A stretch of DNA of 50,314 nt from an uncultured Acidobacteriota bacterium. Its GTDB lineage: Bacteria; Acidobacteriota; UBA6911; RPQK01; JAPXNP01. The notes under the pieces were generated by a model. The model was not told where the DNA came from. It searched no databases and saw only the letters and a list, made by a program, of their open reading frames with translations. Of this stretch, positions 1 to 8,856 are shown piece by piece (position 1 is the stretch's first letter; every line of letters begins with the position of its first letter). The translations under genes were made by a program, and so were the position numbers. The stretch spans positions 1 through 50,314 of the forward strand of contig CAZAEY010000006.1 of assembly GCA_964484155.1 (NCBI GenBank). Direction: 5' to 3'.

Positions 1-205
1 AGGGGGGATTCCGCAGGCTTTCCTTTTTGGTGCTGTGTGCTGCGTTCCGCGTGCTGCCTTCGAAGTACTCAGGTGCATTTAAGGAGTCGGCGCCGCTTCT
101 AGCGAAAGGGCACAATCTCAAAACCTGGCGCAAAAATCTCCCCCCAGACCTTGACTTTTGCGAAATGTTTATTCCCTGGCAGAATCGACCCCGAAACCTC
201 GGACC

Positions 206-2779
206 TCAGGGTTGCGGATCCTGACCCTGCCTGCGCTCGATCTGATCCAGTTCCTGCCGGCGGCGTCTTTCCTTCAACCACTGCTCTTCTTCTTCCTTTT
301 CCCGGATGAAGTCGTAAGCGTTTCGCAGTGCTCGTTTAAAGTCAAGCGTCAACTCAGCGGCCGTCGGCATGGTGGTGATCACGTGCGGGGTGATGAAGAT
401 GATCAGTTCGGACCTCCGGTCGTTCCGCGTCGTCTGTCCGAACACCGCCCCCAGAATCGGGATGTCTCCGAGGAGAGGCACCCGGCTTTTCCCCAGACTG
501 TGCTGATCGCTGATGAGGCCGCCCAGCGCCACCGTTTGTCCGTCGCGCACGATCAGGGTCGTCTGAACGAAGTTGCGGCTGATGGTCGGCGTCAGCGAGG
601 TGGCCCCTGATGCGACGGAGCTGACTTCGACGGAGAGATCCAGGTTGACGATTCCGCTGGCGCTGATTCTGGGGATAAACAGCAAAGTGGTGCCGGTTGG
701 GCGAAATTGGACGGAATTGATGAAGCTCAAGTCTGAGGACCGAAGCGGATCTCCAAAGGAAGCGGTAGTGACGGGAACTTCGGCCCCGACATTGATGCTG
801 GCTGGGGTGCCGTCCATGGCCAGCAGGCGCGGGGACTCGATGATTTCCACTTTGGTTTCCGCCCTCAGGGCGTTCAAGATTCCCTGCAATTCCCTCTCAT
901 CCCCGAGCACGGCCCTCGAAATAATTGTCAGTTGTCCGCTGGCCGCGATCCGGCCGGTAGTAGCCGGGAGGCCGGAGCCCGTGGTCTGGTTGTCGTTCCC
1001 ATCCCCTGGCAGACCGGAACCTCGCCTCTGCAAAAACGCCGACACTCCGAAGCTGAGCTCGTCCCGCAGTTCGACGGAAAAGATCCGCGCCTCGATCAGG
1101 ACCTGGCGCGGAAGCGTGTCCAACTGCCGCACGGTTTCAAGGAGGAACTGAATATCGGCTTCGGTCCCTTGGATTATCAACGAGTTGTTGAACTCATTGA
1201 CGACGATCTTGACATTTCCGGCCACAACCGAGCGGATTTCCGAGCGTACAGCGTTGGAGAGGCTAGGTCCAATGGCGGCGCTGCCGAAAGGGCTGGCACC
1301 GCCGAATCCGCCTCGCCCGCCTCGCCCGAAGCCGCCGAAAGCGCCTTGCCCGTCCAGAGTCGATCCCGGGACGAATCCCGCCTGCTGCGTGGGTATCCGC
1401 TGTTGCGGCTGGAGGCGGGAAACTGGCCCATTCCCATCCGGGTCGACCGGACCCGAAGGAAGCCCGGAACCGTCCTGGTACAGCTCTGAAAGGATTTGTG
1501 CGATCTGCACTGCCGTATTGTTCTCCACCTGGTAGACGTACGTCTTGATGTTGGAGGTCGTAGACGGCGCGTCCAACCTGGCGATCCAGCGCTGCACTTC
1601 GTCAAAGACCGCCGCCGCGCGAGTCACGATCAGCAAGCTGTTCAACCGTTCAATCGCTACGATGCGCACTCCCGCGGCCGTATCCCCCGGGGCGAAGATC
1701 TTTCCCAGGTCTTCGGCGATGTCGCTGGCGTTGTTGAAGCGAACCGGCACCAGGTCGATCGCATTCATGTCGAAATACCGGGTGTCCAGGATCTCGACTA
1801 GTTTGAGCACCTGCTGGATGTTTCTTCTGAAGTCCGTAATGATCAGCGTGTTGGCGGGCTGAAAGTCTACAACGGTTGCGCCGCCCGACACGAAGGCCTG
1901 GGCCATGGTCAGCATGTCGGAGGACGGAATGTGATGCAGCGGGATGATGTATGTGATGACTCCCTGTTCCCCTTCAATCTCCTGAATCGCCTGTTCCCGC
2001 TCAAGCGCGATCTGCCGATTGCGGGCTTCGAGCCGGGATTCCTGTTCCTGCTGCGACTCCTCCTCCGCCTCAGGCGGCTCGACTTGTGCGCCCTCCTCAG
2101 ACGGCGGCTCCAGCGGAGGAGGCTGTTCTTCCTGGGGCAGCGATTCCATGCCCTTGGACCGCTCCTCGGGCTTGACCAGAACGGAATGGGGAATGGACGG
2201 GCTTTGTCCCATCGGAACGATGAGGTAAAAGTCTTCCTGTCGAATGATGGCGTTGCCATTCATCTTCAGCAGTTGTTCCAGCACGCCGAACAGCTTGTCC
2301 CTGGGAATCTCGCCGCTGGTATAAATGTTGACGGTTCCTGAGACCTGCGGATCGATCACGTAAGAGTAACCCAGTTCCCGCATGATGGTGCTGATGACGG
2401 TTTCAATGGGAGCGTCCCTGAAAATCAAGGCGCTGCCGCGTCCACCGTCGGTGCGGACCGCTCTGACGGCGGGATCGGCTCCTGGAGACCGAACGGGAGA
2501 CGGCGTCTGGGCGGTCCCTCTGGTGACGGTGACATCGCCTCCGGGAGAAGTTCTGGAGTCTGCCGGTCGAGGCGACGGCGACGCTGGCGCTGGGACCTGA
2601 GGCAGGCCGCCCGGCAAATTCTCCCCCGGGGCCCTGCCCGATTGTCCAACGACGCCCGGCTGAGGAGGAGGGCCATCTTTTTTGGTCGTCGCCTCCTGAA
2701 AAAACGTCACCGTCCCGGCAGAATGCGCGAAACAGCCCAGCAAGAGCGTAAGGAGGAGGGATTCAACAATTTTTCTCAT
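206..2779 (-). CDS. gspD: Type II secretion system secretin GspD (857 aa), probable lipoprotein form
   Basis: ATG at 2779, TGA at 206. C-terminal secretin signature RVPLLGDIPILGAVFGQTTRNDRRSELIIFITPHV. N0-like segment ALIFRDAPIETVISTIMRELGYSYVIDPQVSGTVNIY. Last gene of the gsp operon. N-terminus MRKIVESLLLTLLLGC looks like a signal peptide plus lipobox. Confidence 0.93.
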   Translation of the reverse strand: MRKIVESLLLTLLLGCFAHSAGTVTFFQEATTKKDGPPPQPGVVGQSGRAPGENLPGGLPQVPAPASPSPRPADSRTSPGGDVTVTRGTAQTPSPVRSPGADPAVRAVRTDGGRGSALIFRDAPIETVISTIMRELGYSYVIDPQVSGTVNIYTSGEIPRDKLFGVLEQLLKMNGNAIIRQEDFYLIVPMGQSPSIPHSVLVKPEERSKGMESLPQEEQPPPLEPPSEEGAQVEPPEAEEESQQEQESRLEARNRQIALEREQAIQEIEGEQGVITYIIPLHHIPSSDMLTMAQAFVSGGATVVDFQPANTLIITDFRRNIQQVLKLVEILDTRYFDMNAIDLVPVRFNNASDIAEDLGKIFAPGDTAAGVRIVAIERLNSLLIVTRAAAVFDEVQRWIARLDAPSTTSNIKTYVYQVENNTAVQIAQILSELYQDGSGLPSGPVDPDGNGPVSRLQPQQRIPTQQAGFVPGSTLDGQGAFGGFGRGGRGGFGGASPFGSAAIGPSLSNAVRSEIRSVVAGNVKIVVNEFNNSLIIQGTEADIQFLLETVRQLDTLPRQVLIEARIFSVELRDELSFGVSAFLQRRGSGLPGDGNDNQTTGSGLPATTGRIAASGQLTIISRAVLGDERELQGILNALRAETKVEIIESPRLLAMDGTPASINVGAEVPVTTASFGDPLRSSDLSFINSVQFRPTGTTLLFIPRISASGIVNLDLSVEVSSVASGATSLTPTISRNFVQTTLIVRDGQTVALGGLISDQHSLGKSRVPLLGDIPILGAVFGQTTRNDRRSELIIFITPHVITTMPTAAELTLDFKRALRNAYDFIREKEEEEQWLKERRRRQELDQIERRQGQDPQP

Positions 2780-2826
2780 ATGACTGATCGCTTCTGGGGA
2801 ATCGCTTCAGCGGCTTTTCCCCTGTT

Positions 2827-3660
2827 TTAATTCTCCGGAGGTGTTGTGTCCTGCGGTCGCGGAGTATTGCGTCGAGGCCCCACCACTCCCGTTTGAGGAG
2901 GCTGCGCGGCGGGATTTGCGGACTCGGCGGCCAGCGCCTCCTGACGCTGCTGCAGCGCCTGCATGACGTTGGAAGCCGCAGTCATCCCCTGAGCGGCGGC
3001 CCGTTCGGCTCGACTGGTCGCAACCGCCGAGAGCCCCCGCTCTTCAGCTCCCCTGTCTCCATTTCCGGTCTCTACGGCCGCAGCCTTGCTGCCGATTCGG
3101 ATAATGTTGACTGCCGATTGCCCCCGCCCCGGAGCCGCTGCCGTTCGAGCCTTGGGCTCCGCGTCCAGCAAGTCGATGATTTCCCGGTGGTCGTTCCATT
3201 GGAGCGTCAACGTGGTGTCCCCGATTTCAGCGACCTGATACCCCTGCACGTTTTCGCCTAGACCCACCAATCGCGTCTCTCCCGCTCCGGTGGGGCTGGA
3301 GAATGTGGTCAGAAAGGCCCGTTGCTGGCCGCCGATGACGCTGATGCCGTGCAGTTGCGGCCGTTTGGGGAATTCCGGAGGCCTGGGGGCTTCGGCAACC
3401 TGAGGTTCCAGGGGCGCCATTCCGCGCTCCGGTCTGAACAGATTTTTCTCCCCTACGATCAGAAACTCCGGATAGGGAATAATCGGCTCCGCGCCGGCGA
3501 CTTCAATGGGCGGCGCTCCTTGGGCCTCGGCGGCGCCCAGAATCCTCTCCAGACCCTGTTCCTGTTCGAAGCTGGTCCATTGCGAAACCAACTGCTGCGC
3601 GCACAAGACGACTGCAATCAGCAGCAGCAAATTAAACAGCAATACTTTTCTACCCTTCAT
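2827..3660 (-). CDS. GspC/PilP-like T2SS inner-membrane linker protein (277 aa)
   Basis: N-terminal TM helix LLFNLLLLIAVVLCAQQL. Central segment LHGISVIGGQQRAFLTTF...LVGLGENVQGYQVAEIGDTTLTLQW resembles the GspC HR / PilP beta-domain. Lies between the gspM-like gene and gspD. Confidence 0.5.
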   Translation of the reverse strand: MKGRKVLLFNLLLLIAVVLCAQQLVSQWTSFEQEQGLERILGAAEAQGAPPIEVAGAEPIIPYPEFLIVGEKNLFRPERGMAPLEPQVAEAPRPPEFPKRPQLHGISVIGGQQRAFLTTFSSPTGAGETRLVGLGENVQGYQVAEIGDTTLTLQWNDHREIIDLLDAEPKARTAAAPGRGQSAVNIIRIGSKAAAVETGNGDRGAEERGLSAVATSRAERAAAQGMTAASNVMQALQQRQEALAAESANPAAQPPQTGVVGPRRNTPRPQDTTPPEN

Positions 3661-3685
3661 CGGTTCGAACTCACAGATGCCCGCA

Positions 3686-4246
3686 TCACTCGGAAAGCCG
3701 AATGTATCCGGAGATATTCATTCGCGGCTGCATCCGAATTTGATCTCTCAGGCGAAAGGCGTTGATGTAAAAGTCCTCCACCAAGAGAAACTTCGGATGA
3801 GTGGCCACGGCGTACAAGAAGTTATTGATTTCCGGGATATCGGCCTCCAGGTTGACCTGAAGCGACACTTTCACGTACCGTTCCCCCACATTTCTGTCGG
3901 GAAGCGGGTTGCTGCGCGCGATTTTGACTCCCGACTGGTCGGCCAACCCCGTCACCATCTCCTGCAATTGAACCCGGGCAATCGTCCCGTCTCCGGCGTC
4001 CAGCAGATGGGTCCGATACTGATCGAGAATCTGGTCGAGTTGTTCCAGTTGATGGCTGTAAATCTCCTGGTTCTGCACCGCCTGAACGGACCTCTGCAGC
4101 CGCAGGACGCTTTGATCCACCTGTTCGTCGACGCTTTCCCGGGCCTCCAGAAACGGAAGCATTCCGTAAACTACGGCCAATATCCCGGCCACGACGACGG
4201 CGCCGATCGCCAGAGTCTTTTTGTCTTTCTTGGAAAGTTTTCTCAT
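3686..4246 (-). CDS. gspM: GspM/PilO-like T2SS assembly protein (186 aa)
   Basis: Single N-terminal TM (LAIGAVVVAGILAVVYGML) followed by a coiled-coil and a ferredoxin-like tail. ATGA overlap with the upstream gspL-like gene. The call is based on position in the operon and architecture. Confidence 0.55.
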   Translation of the reverse strand: MRKLSKKDKKTLAIGAVVVAGILAVVYGMLPFLEARESVDEQVDQSVLRLQRSVQAVQNQEIYSHQLEQLDQILDQYRTHLLDAGDGTIARVQLQEMVTGLADQSGVKIARSNPLPDRNVGERYVKVSLQVNLEADIPEINNFLYAVATHPKFLLVEDFYINAFRLRDQIRMQPRMNISGYIRLSE

Positions 4247-5646
4247 CGTTTCTTCACCGTCGCCGCGAAATTAAAGCGCTGCATGTCGGGAACGCTTCGG
4301 TCTTCAGTGATCCAGTTGGGCTTGACGTTTTCGATGTACGGGCTTTGAACCAAAACCTGCAGAAGGTTGGATGCAGCCCGCGAATACCCCTGCATCTGGA
4401 TCTGATCGTTCTGGACTTGAAAGGTCTGGAGGTACGTGTCTTCCGGAATGCGCTCGGTCAAGTCCTTCAGGATCAGCAGGACCGTCTGGCGACCCGACAA
4501 TAGCCCCTGCAGTTCCTCCAGCTCCGCCTGCCGTTGCTGGACTTGACTGCGCAGCTCCAGCACGGATTGCACGTCCCCTTCCAAAAGCTGCACGTGTCGC
4601 TGCACTTCCTCTTGCAGGGACTGTTTCTGGATGTAATCCCGAGTCCCCATGGCGCCCAACAGAAAGAGAAGGAGTCCGGCCAAGATGAACGACGGTACCA
4701 GGCTGGGACGCTCTCGGATCACTCGCCTTTCGGAAGGGATCAAATTCAAACCTTGGGAGGGGCTCATCAGAAGTCCGGAAACTGCCAGCCCGGCTGCGGC
4801 CAGCGTCTCAGAGAGAGCCGTTCGGCTCAGACCCTTTTGCGCCTGCCGGATTTCGCTTTCCAGATCCACCGCCTCGGGCACTCTCTCCTGAATGGCGGCA
4901 AGGCAACCCTCTCCCGCGGGTCCCGTCACGTACACGCGATCCAGTTCGTCCGCGCCCAGATCCAACCGCTGCACGAACAGTCCGAATTCGTCCAGCAGTC
5001 GTTCACCTCCGCCGTTCATCACCTCCGCCGGGTACACTTCCGAGAAAATTCGCCTTTCCCCTGCCAAAAGAACGAATTCAACGGCATCCGGACGACAGTA
5101 GAAAATGGCAGCCGCCTTGTCGCGCGGACCTTTCCTTTCTCGAAGGCGCAGCGAGTAGGCGATTCCGAGGCTCGCGTAGCAGACGGAGGCGGGAAAAAGA
5201 CCGCATTCGCGAAACAGCTGCAGCGTCCGATCCATCACTTCCTGACGAACCATCACAATCTGAATTGAAAGCGATCCCGCATCCGGGTCCTTTTTCAGAA
5301 GTTGATAGTCGAAAAAGGAGAGTTCATCTTCGCTCGGCTCAAAGCGGTCAACCTGAAACCGAACCACCTGATCCAGATTTTCTTCGACCTCCAGCGGCAA
5401 CTCGACCTGACGGACGATGACCGCCTCTCTCGGCAGGCCGACGATGACGTTTTCTCTGTTGACGCCGCTTTCCTTTACGAATTCCTGAATCCGCTTCTTG
5501 AGTTCCGCGGTCGGCAATTCTTGAAAAGAGTCGATGACCAGATGACTCCCATAGCGGAAGTCCTGAAAGCCTCTTTTAACGCTTGCCAGCGCCATTCGAC
5601 TCCCCTGAATCTCAATTCCAAGCGCGGAGTCCCAGTTGAAAATCAT
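4243..5646 (-). CDS. gspL: GspL-like protein: PilM-type actin-like cytoplasmic domain, TM helix, PilN-like periplasmic domain (467 aa)
   Basis: N-terminus IFNWDSALGIEIQGSRMALASVKR (PilM/GspL-like). TM helix LVPSFILAGLLLFLLGAMG at about aa 315-335. C-terminal coiled-coil plus a PilN-like domain. Start overlaps the gspK stop by 1 nt. Confidence 0.7.
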   Translation of the reverse strand: MIFNWDSALGIEIQGSRMALASVKRGFQDFRYGSHLVIDSFQELPTAELKKRIQEFVKESGVNRENVIVGLPREAVIVRQVELPLEVEENLDQVVRFQVDRFEPSEDELSFFDYQLLKKDPDAGSLSIQIVMVRQEVMDRTLQLFRECGLFPASVCYASLGIAYSLRLRERKGPRDKAAAIFYCRPDAVEFVLLAGERRIFSEVYPAEVMNGGGERLLDEFGLFVQRLDLGADELDRVYVTGPAGEGCLAAIQERVPEAVDLESEIRQAQKGLSRTALSETLAAAGLAVSGLLMSPSQGLNLIPSERRVIRERPSLVPSFILAGLLLFLLGAMGTRDYIQKQSLQEEVQRHVQLLEGDVQSVLELRSQVQQRQAELEELQGLLSGRQTVLLILKDLTERIPEDTYLQTFQVQNDQIQMQGYSRAASNLLQVLVQSPYIENVKPNWITEDRSVPDMQRFNFAATVKKR

Positions 5647-6671
5647 TACAGCTCCATGCTCCCTTCGTTCCAGTAGAGTACCGCATATCCCTTCCGGCCG
5701 ACTCCATCGACCCGGATAACGGCGCGAATTTGACTCACCACATCAGAGTCCTTCAGGCGGCCTTCGCTGATCATCGTGTAAACATTGGAACGTAGAATGG
5801 AAAAGAAGTTCAATGCTTCTCCCGAGATCCCGGGGACGCGCTTGGTGATCTCGCTCATGTCGGCGATCGGCATCTCCGCTCGGATGGCTTCAATAGCATA
5901 CGCGGTCGGGTAGTCCAGTCCGGGAATCGCCGCGATGACCGGCGCCGGCGCCGAATTTACGTTAATCCTGTTGATGTTTGAAAAAGTCGTCACATAGTGT
6001 TGCAGGCCATACAGTTGCACAGGGTCCCCGGCGCTAGTAGTTGTCTTCTTTCCATAATAGATTTCGGGCGTGACTCCCTTGACCAAAAGAAGTTCCTCAG
6101 GGACGTCAAAGAGGCTGTTCTTAGCATAGTAGGGAGGATCCAGGCTCTGGTAATATGCGCTCTCGGCGCCGCCCGGCAGCGGAACATCGTCTGCGTCCCT
6201 CCAATCCAGAATCGAATTGGTAATGCTCTCGGCCTCCGCACCGTCGATTCCGATCATCAGCAGCAGATTGAAGATCAGAAAGTCCGGAGCCAGGTTGATA
6301 TTCAGCTTTCCGGTTTCGTCGATCACTTCGACCTTTGCCTCTCCCGCCGACAGGCTCAGATTCAGATGTCCTCTGACGACGTCCGGCACGGAATCGAATG
6401 TCGGCTCGGCCTGGCTCTGACTCTGAAAAAAAGCGCTTTGCGTCTGCAGAATTTCATAGATGGCGTATTCGATGCCCGCTCTAGCCATGAAACGCGACTG
6501 CCTCTGCTCGACGACCACGCGTGCTGCGTCCACTTCCGTCCTGATGGAGGCCGCAAAGGACAACGCCAGCAGGCTCAGGATGACGACGACCCAGAGCACC
6601 ACGATCAGCACGGCCCCCCTTTGTCGTCTCACGTCAGTCCAGTGTGATCTGCGCTTCGAAGAGTTCAACAT
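5646..6671 (-). CDS. gspK: Minor pseudopilin GspK (341 aa)
   Basis: RRQRGAVLIVVLWVVVILSLLALSFA N-terminus (GspK-type, lacks Glu5). Size and position after gspJ. The SAPAPVIAAIPGLDYPTAYAIEAIR segment is typical of the GspK helix-hairpin-helix region. Confidence 0.85.
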   Translation of the reverse strand: MLNSSKRRSHWTDVRRQRGAVLIVVLWVVVILSLLALSFAASIRTEVDAARVVVEQRQSRFMARAGIEYAIYEILQTQSAFFQSQSQAEPTFDSVPDVVRGHLNLSLSAGEAKVEVIDETGKLNINLAPDFLIFNLLLMIGIDGAEAESITNSILDWRDADDVPLPGGAESAYYQSLDPPYYAKNSLFDVPEELLLVKGVTPEIYYGKKTTTSAGDPVQLYGLQHYVTTFSNINRINVNSAPAPVIAAIPGLDYPTAYAIEAIRAEMPIADMSEITKRVPGISGEALNFFSILRSNVYTMISEGRLKDSDVVSQIRAVIRVDGVGRKGYAVLYWNEGSMEL

Positions 6672-6724
6672 TTCAAATAGACTCCGCTATCCCGACCATT
6701 TCCTAGGCCCGGCTTCGCCATGCG

Positions 6725-7447
6725 TCACCGTCGCAACAGGTTGCGAATGGCGGACCCGTATTGACTTCCGGAAAACGTCGCATTGACGATGGCTGTCACG
6801 GTTCGATCGTTATAGTGGATTCGAACGGCCGAGGGCAGGCTCTGCGCCTCCTCGCCGTCCCAGTAACTCGTCCAGAAATAGCTTTCCGAATCCGGATGGT
6901 ATCCGTAGTATTCGAATTCGAGCCGCTCAATGCCCTCCACGATGGGCAGGGGCTTTCCAGCCGGAGTCGCCACCATCGCGCTAAAGCTCTCCAACCCTGT
7001 GTATATCGACTCCATAGCGCCTAAATAGAAATCTCCGAATTCGTCTTGCGCCAGCCCGTAGCGTACGACGGTCAATCCCGGCGTCTGATGAATCTGCAGG
7101 GGCGCCACCGTGATGAAGGTGACGAAATCATTCTGACCGTAAAAAAGGGGAACCTGAGTCAAAGCCATCCGAGTCAACTGGTCGGGCTCTCCCGCTTCCA
7201 TTGAAGGAGGCCCCATGGGCGGCCGCATGGGAAACAGCGATCCGATCTGCCGCCGGACTTCGTCCAGAAGCACCCGCTCACGCCCTTGCTTGTCAAGTCG
7301 TATCTGACTCATTTCATAGCTGTTGAGGGCCAGGCGCAGCGACGAAAACACCACGACGGCCAGCATCGCCATAATGGTCAGAGAGATGATGACTTCCAGG
7401 AGAGTGAATCCGCGGGATCGTCGCTCCTTTTCTCCGAGTCCCTTCAC
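6725..7447 (-). CDS. gspJ: Minor pseudopilin GspJ (240 aa)
   Basis: Prepilin motif SRGFTLLEVIISLTIMAMLAVVV. GTG start at 7447 overlaps the gspI stop (GTGA). Size and order are typical for GspJ. Confidence 0.75.
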   Translation of the reverse strand: MKGLGEKERRSRGFTLLEVIISLTIMAMLAVVVFSSLRLALNSYEMSQIRLDKQGRERVLLDEVRRQIGSLFPMRPPMGPPSMEAGEPDQLTRMALTQVPLFYGQNDFVTFITVAPLQIHQTPGLTVVRYGLAQDEFGDFYLGAMESIYTGLESFSAMVATPAGKPLPIVEGIERLEFEYYGYHPDSESYFWTSYWDGEEAQSLPSAVRIHYNDRTVTAIVNATFSGSQYGSAIRNLLRR

Positions 7448-7911
7448 TGACTCGGACCTCCAAACAGTCGGCGCAGCGCGTCGGCGGGGCTTGCCGCCTC
7501 TTCAAAGGGTTCATTGGAAATGGCTTTCAAAGTTGCCGTTCGGAACAGTTTCCCGTGCGGATCGTCGCGATAATGAACTTCCACCATCACGCTGAGCAGC
7601 TGAATCCTCGACTCGACCTGCGGCAGGGGAAGGCGCGATTCGCTAGGGGGTTCCCAGTAGTCGACTGCTGCACGGAAAGTGAATTCTTCGTCCAGATCGC
7701 CCGCGAATTGGCGGGGGCCGTCGATCGACTCATCGCTGAGGATCTCGTTCATCAGGTTTTCAGCGTGATTCATGGCCTGGTGAGCAAGTTCGATCTTTCG
7801 AACGTTGTTCAGCCCTTGGCTGAACAACTGGACTGCCAAGCCGACGCTGACTCCCAGGATGGCCACGGCGACCACGACTTCCAGCAAGGTGAAGCCTCGA
7901 ACTCGCCTCAT
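7444..7911 (-). CDS. gspI: Minor pseudopilin GspI (155 aa)
   Basis: Prepilin motif VRGFTLLEVVVAVAILGVSVG. ATGA overlap with the gspH stop. Confidence 0.7.
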   Translation of the reverse strand: MRRVRGFTLLEVVVAVAILGVSVGLAVQLFSQGLNNVRKIELAHQAMNHAENLMNEILSDESIDGPRQFAGDLDEEFTFRAAVDYWEPPSESRLPLPQVESRIQLLSVMVEVHYRDDPHGKLFRTATLKAISNEPFEEAASPADALRRLFGGPSQ

Positions 7912-8390
7912 ATGACGCCCTTCACTTCCTCAGCCCGTCCAAAGCCCGTGATCGGATCGATCTGGACGCGGATTCTTGAGCCGGACTTGGTGCGAAGTTG
8001 CAGCTCTCCGCCTGAGCTTCTCCCATTGGGATAAAAGCTGATCACGACTGGAAACCTGGATGAATCCCCCACAAAATCGACCTCATCCGGCAGTCGATAG
8101 ACGCCGATCACCTGTCCATATTCATTGGTCAGGGAATAGCGAGCGGGCTCGCCGAGATGCTGCGACTGTTCAAACACCACACGGTGAACGCGGTGTCCTC
8201 CGATCGATTCAGCCCGAACCATCTTCATTCGCGTCACCATTTCGCGGCCGGCCGTCTTCAGTTCGATTCCCTTCATTCCCGAACTGAAGGACGGAAGAAT
8301 CACGGCGCTGGCGCCCGCCAGCAGGATCAACACAATGATGAATTCGAACAGCGTGAATCCCCGGCTGTTACCAGGACGTGATATCGGCAT
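7908..8390 (-). CDS. gspH: Minor pseudopilin GspH (about 160 aa from ATG 8390)
   Basis: Prepilin motif SRGFTLFEFIIVLILLAGASAV. I chose ATG at 8390 (MPISRPGNSRGF...), which is preceded by GAAGGCGAGA. The track ORF start at 8450 would overlap gspG by 83 nt. Confidence 0.7.
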   Translation of the reverse strand: MPISRPGNSRGFTLFEFIIVLILLAGASAVILPSFSSGMKGIELKTAGREMVTRMKMVRAESIGGHRVHRVVFEQSQHLGEPARYSLTNEYGQVIGVYRLPDEVDFVGDSSRFPVVISFYPNGRSSGGELQLRTKSGSRIRVQIDPITGFGRAEEVKGVI

Positions 8391-8793
8391 TCTCGCCTTC
8401 GCCCCCTTCGATTCCGTCGGCCCCGTAGCTGAACAGATCGAAATCTCCATACTGACCCGGAGACCGATATTGGTAGTCGCGCCCCCAGGGATCTTTAGGA
8501 AGAGAATTCCTGTCCAGATATGGCCCGCCCCAATTCTCGATCCCTGGATTGCGGATCAGCGCGTCCAACCCCTCGGCCGATGTCGGATACCGGCCCACGT
8601 CGAATCTGAATAAGCCCAGGGCGCCTTCCAACTGGCTGATTTGCAGCTTGGCGATTTCGGACTTGCCTTGGCCGAGGCGTTCCATCACCCGCGGCCCGAC
8701 CACGGTGGCCAAGAGGCCCAGAATCACCAGAACCACGATCAATTCGATCAGCGAAAAACCTTTTTGCCGCATTGCTCTATTTTTCTTTTCCAT
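8368..8793 (-). CDS. gspG: Major pseudopilin GspG
   Basis: KGFSLIELIVVLVILGLLATVVGPRV...GRYPTSAEGLDALI...PYLD...LPKDPWGRDYQYRSPGQYGDFDLFSYGADGIEGGEGENADITSW is a near-canonical T2SS GspG signature. In-frame ATGs at 8835, 8793 and 8772; exact start uncertain. Confidence 0.93.
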   Translation of the reverse strand: MEKKNRAMRQKGFSLIELIVVLVILGLLATVVGPRVMERLGQGKSEIAKLQISQLEGALGLFRFDVGRYPTSAEGLDALIRNPGIENWGGPYLDRNSLPKDPWGRDYQYRSPGQYGDFDLFSYGADGIEGGEGENADITSW

Positions 8794-8856
8794 AATTCTC
8801 AAACCTTCCTGCCTAATTGATTCGCCTGCGGCCATTGGGTTTCATCCAATCCTTCC

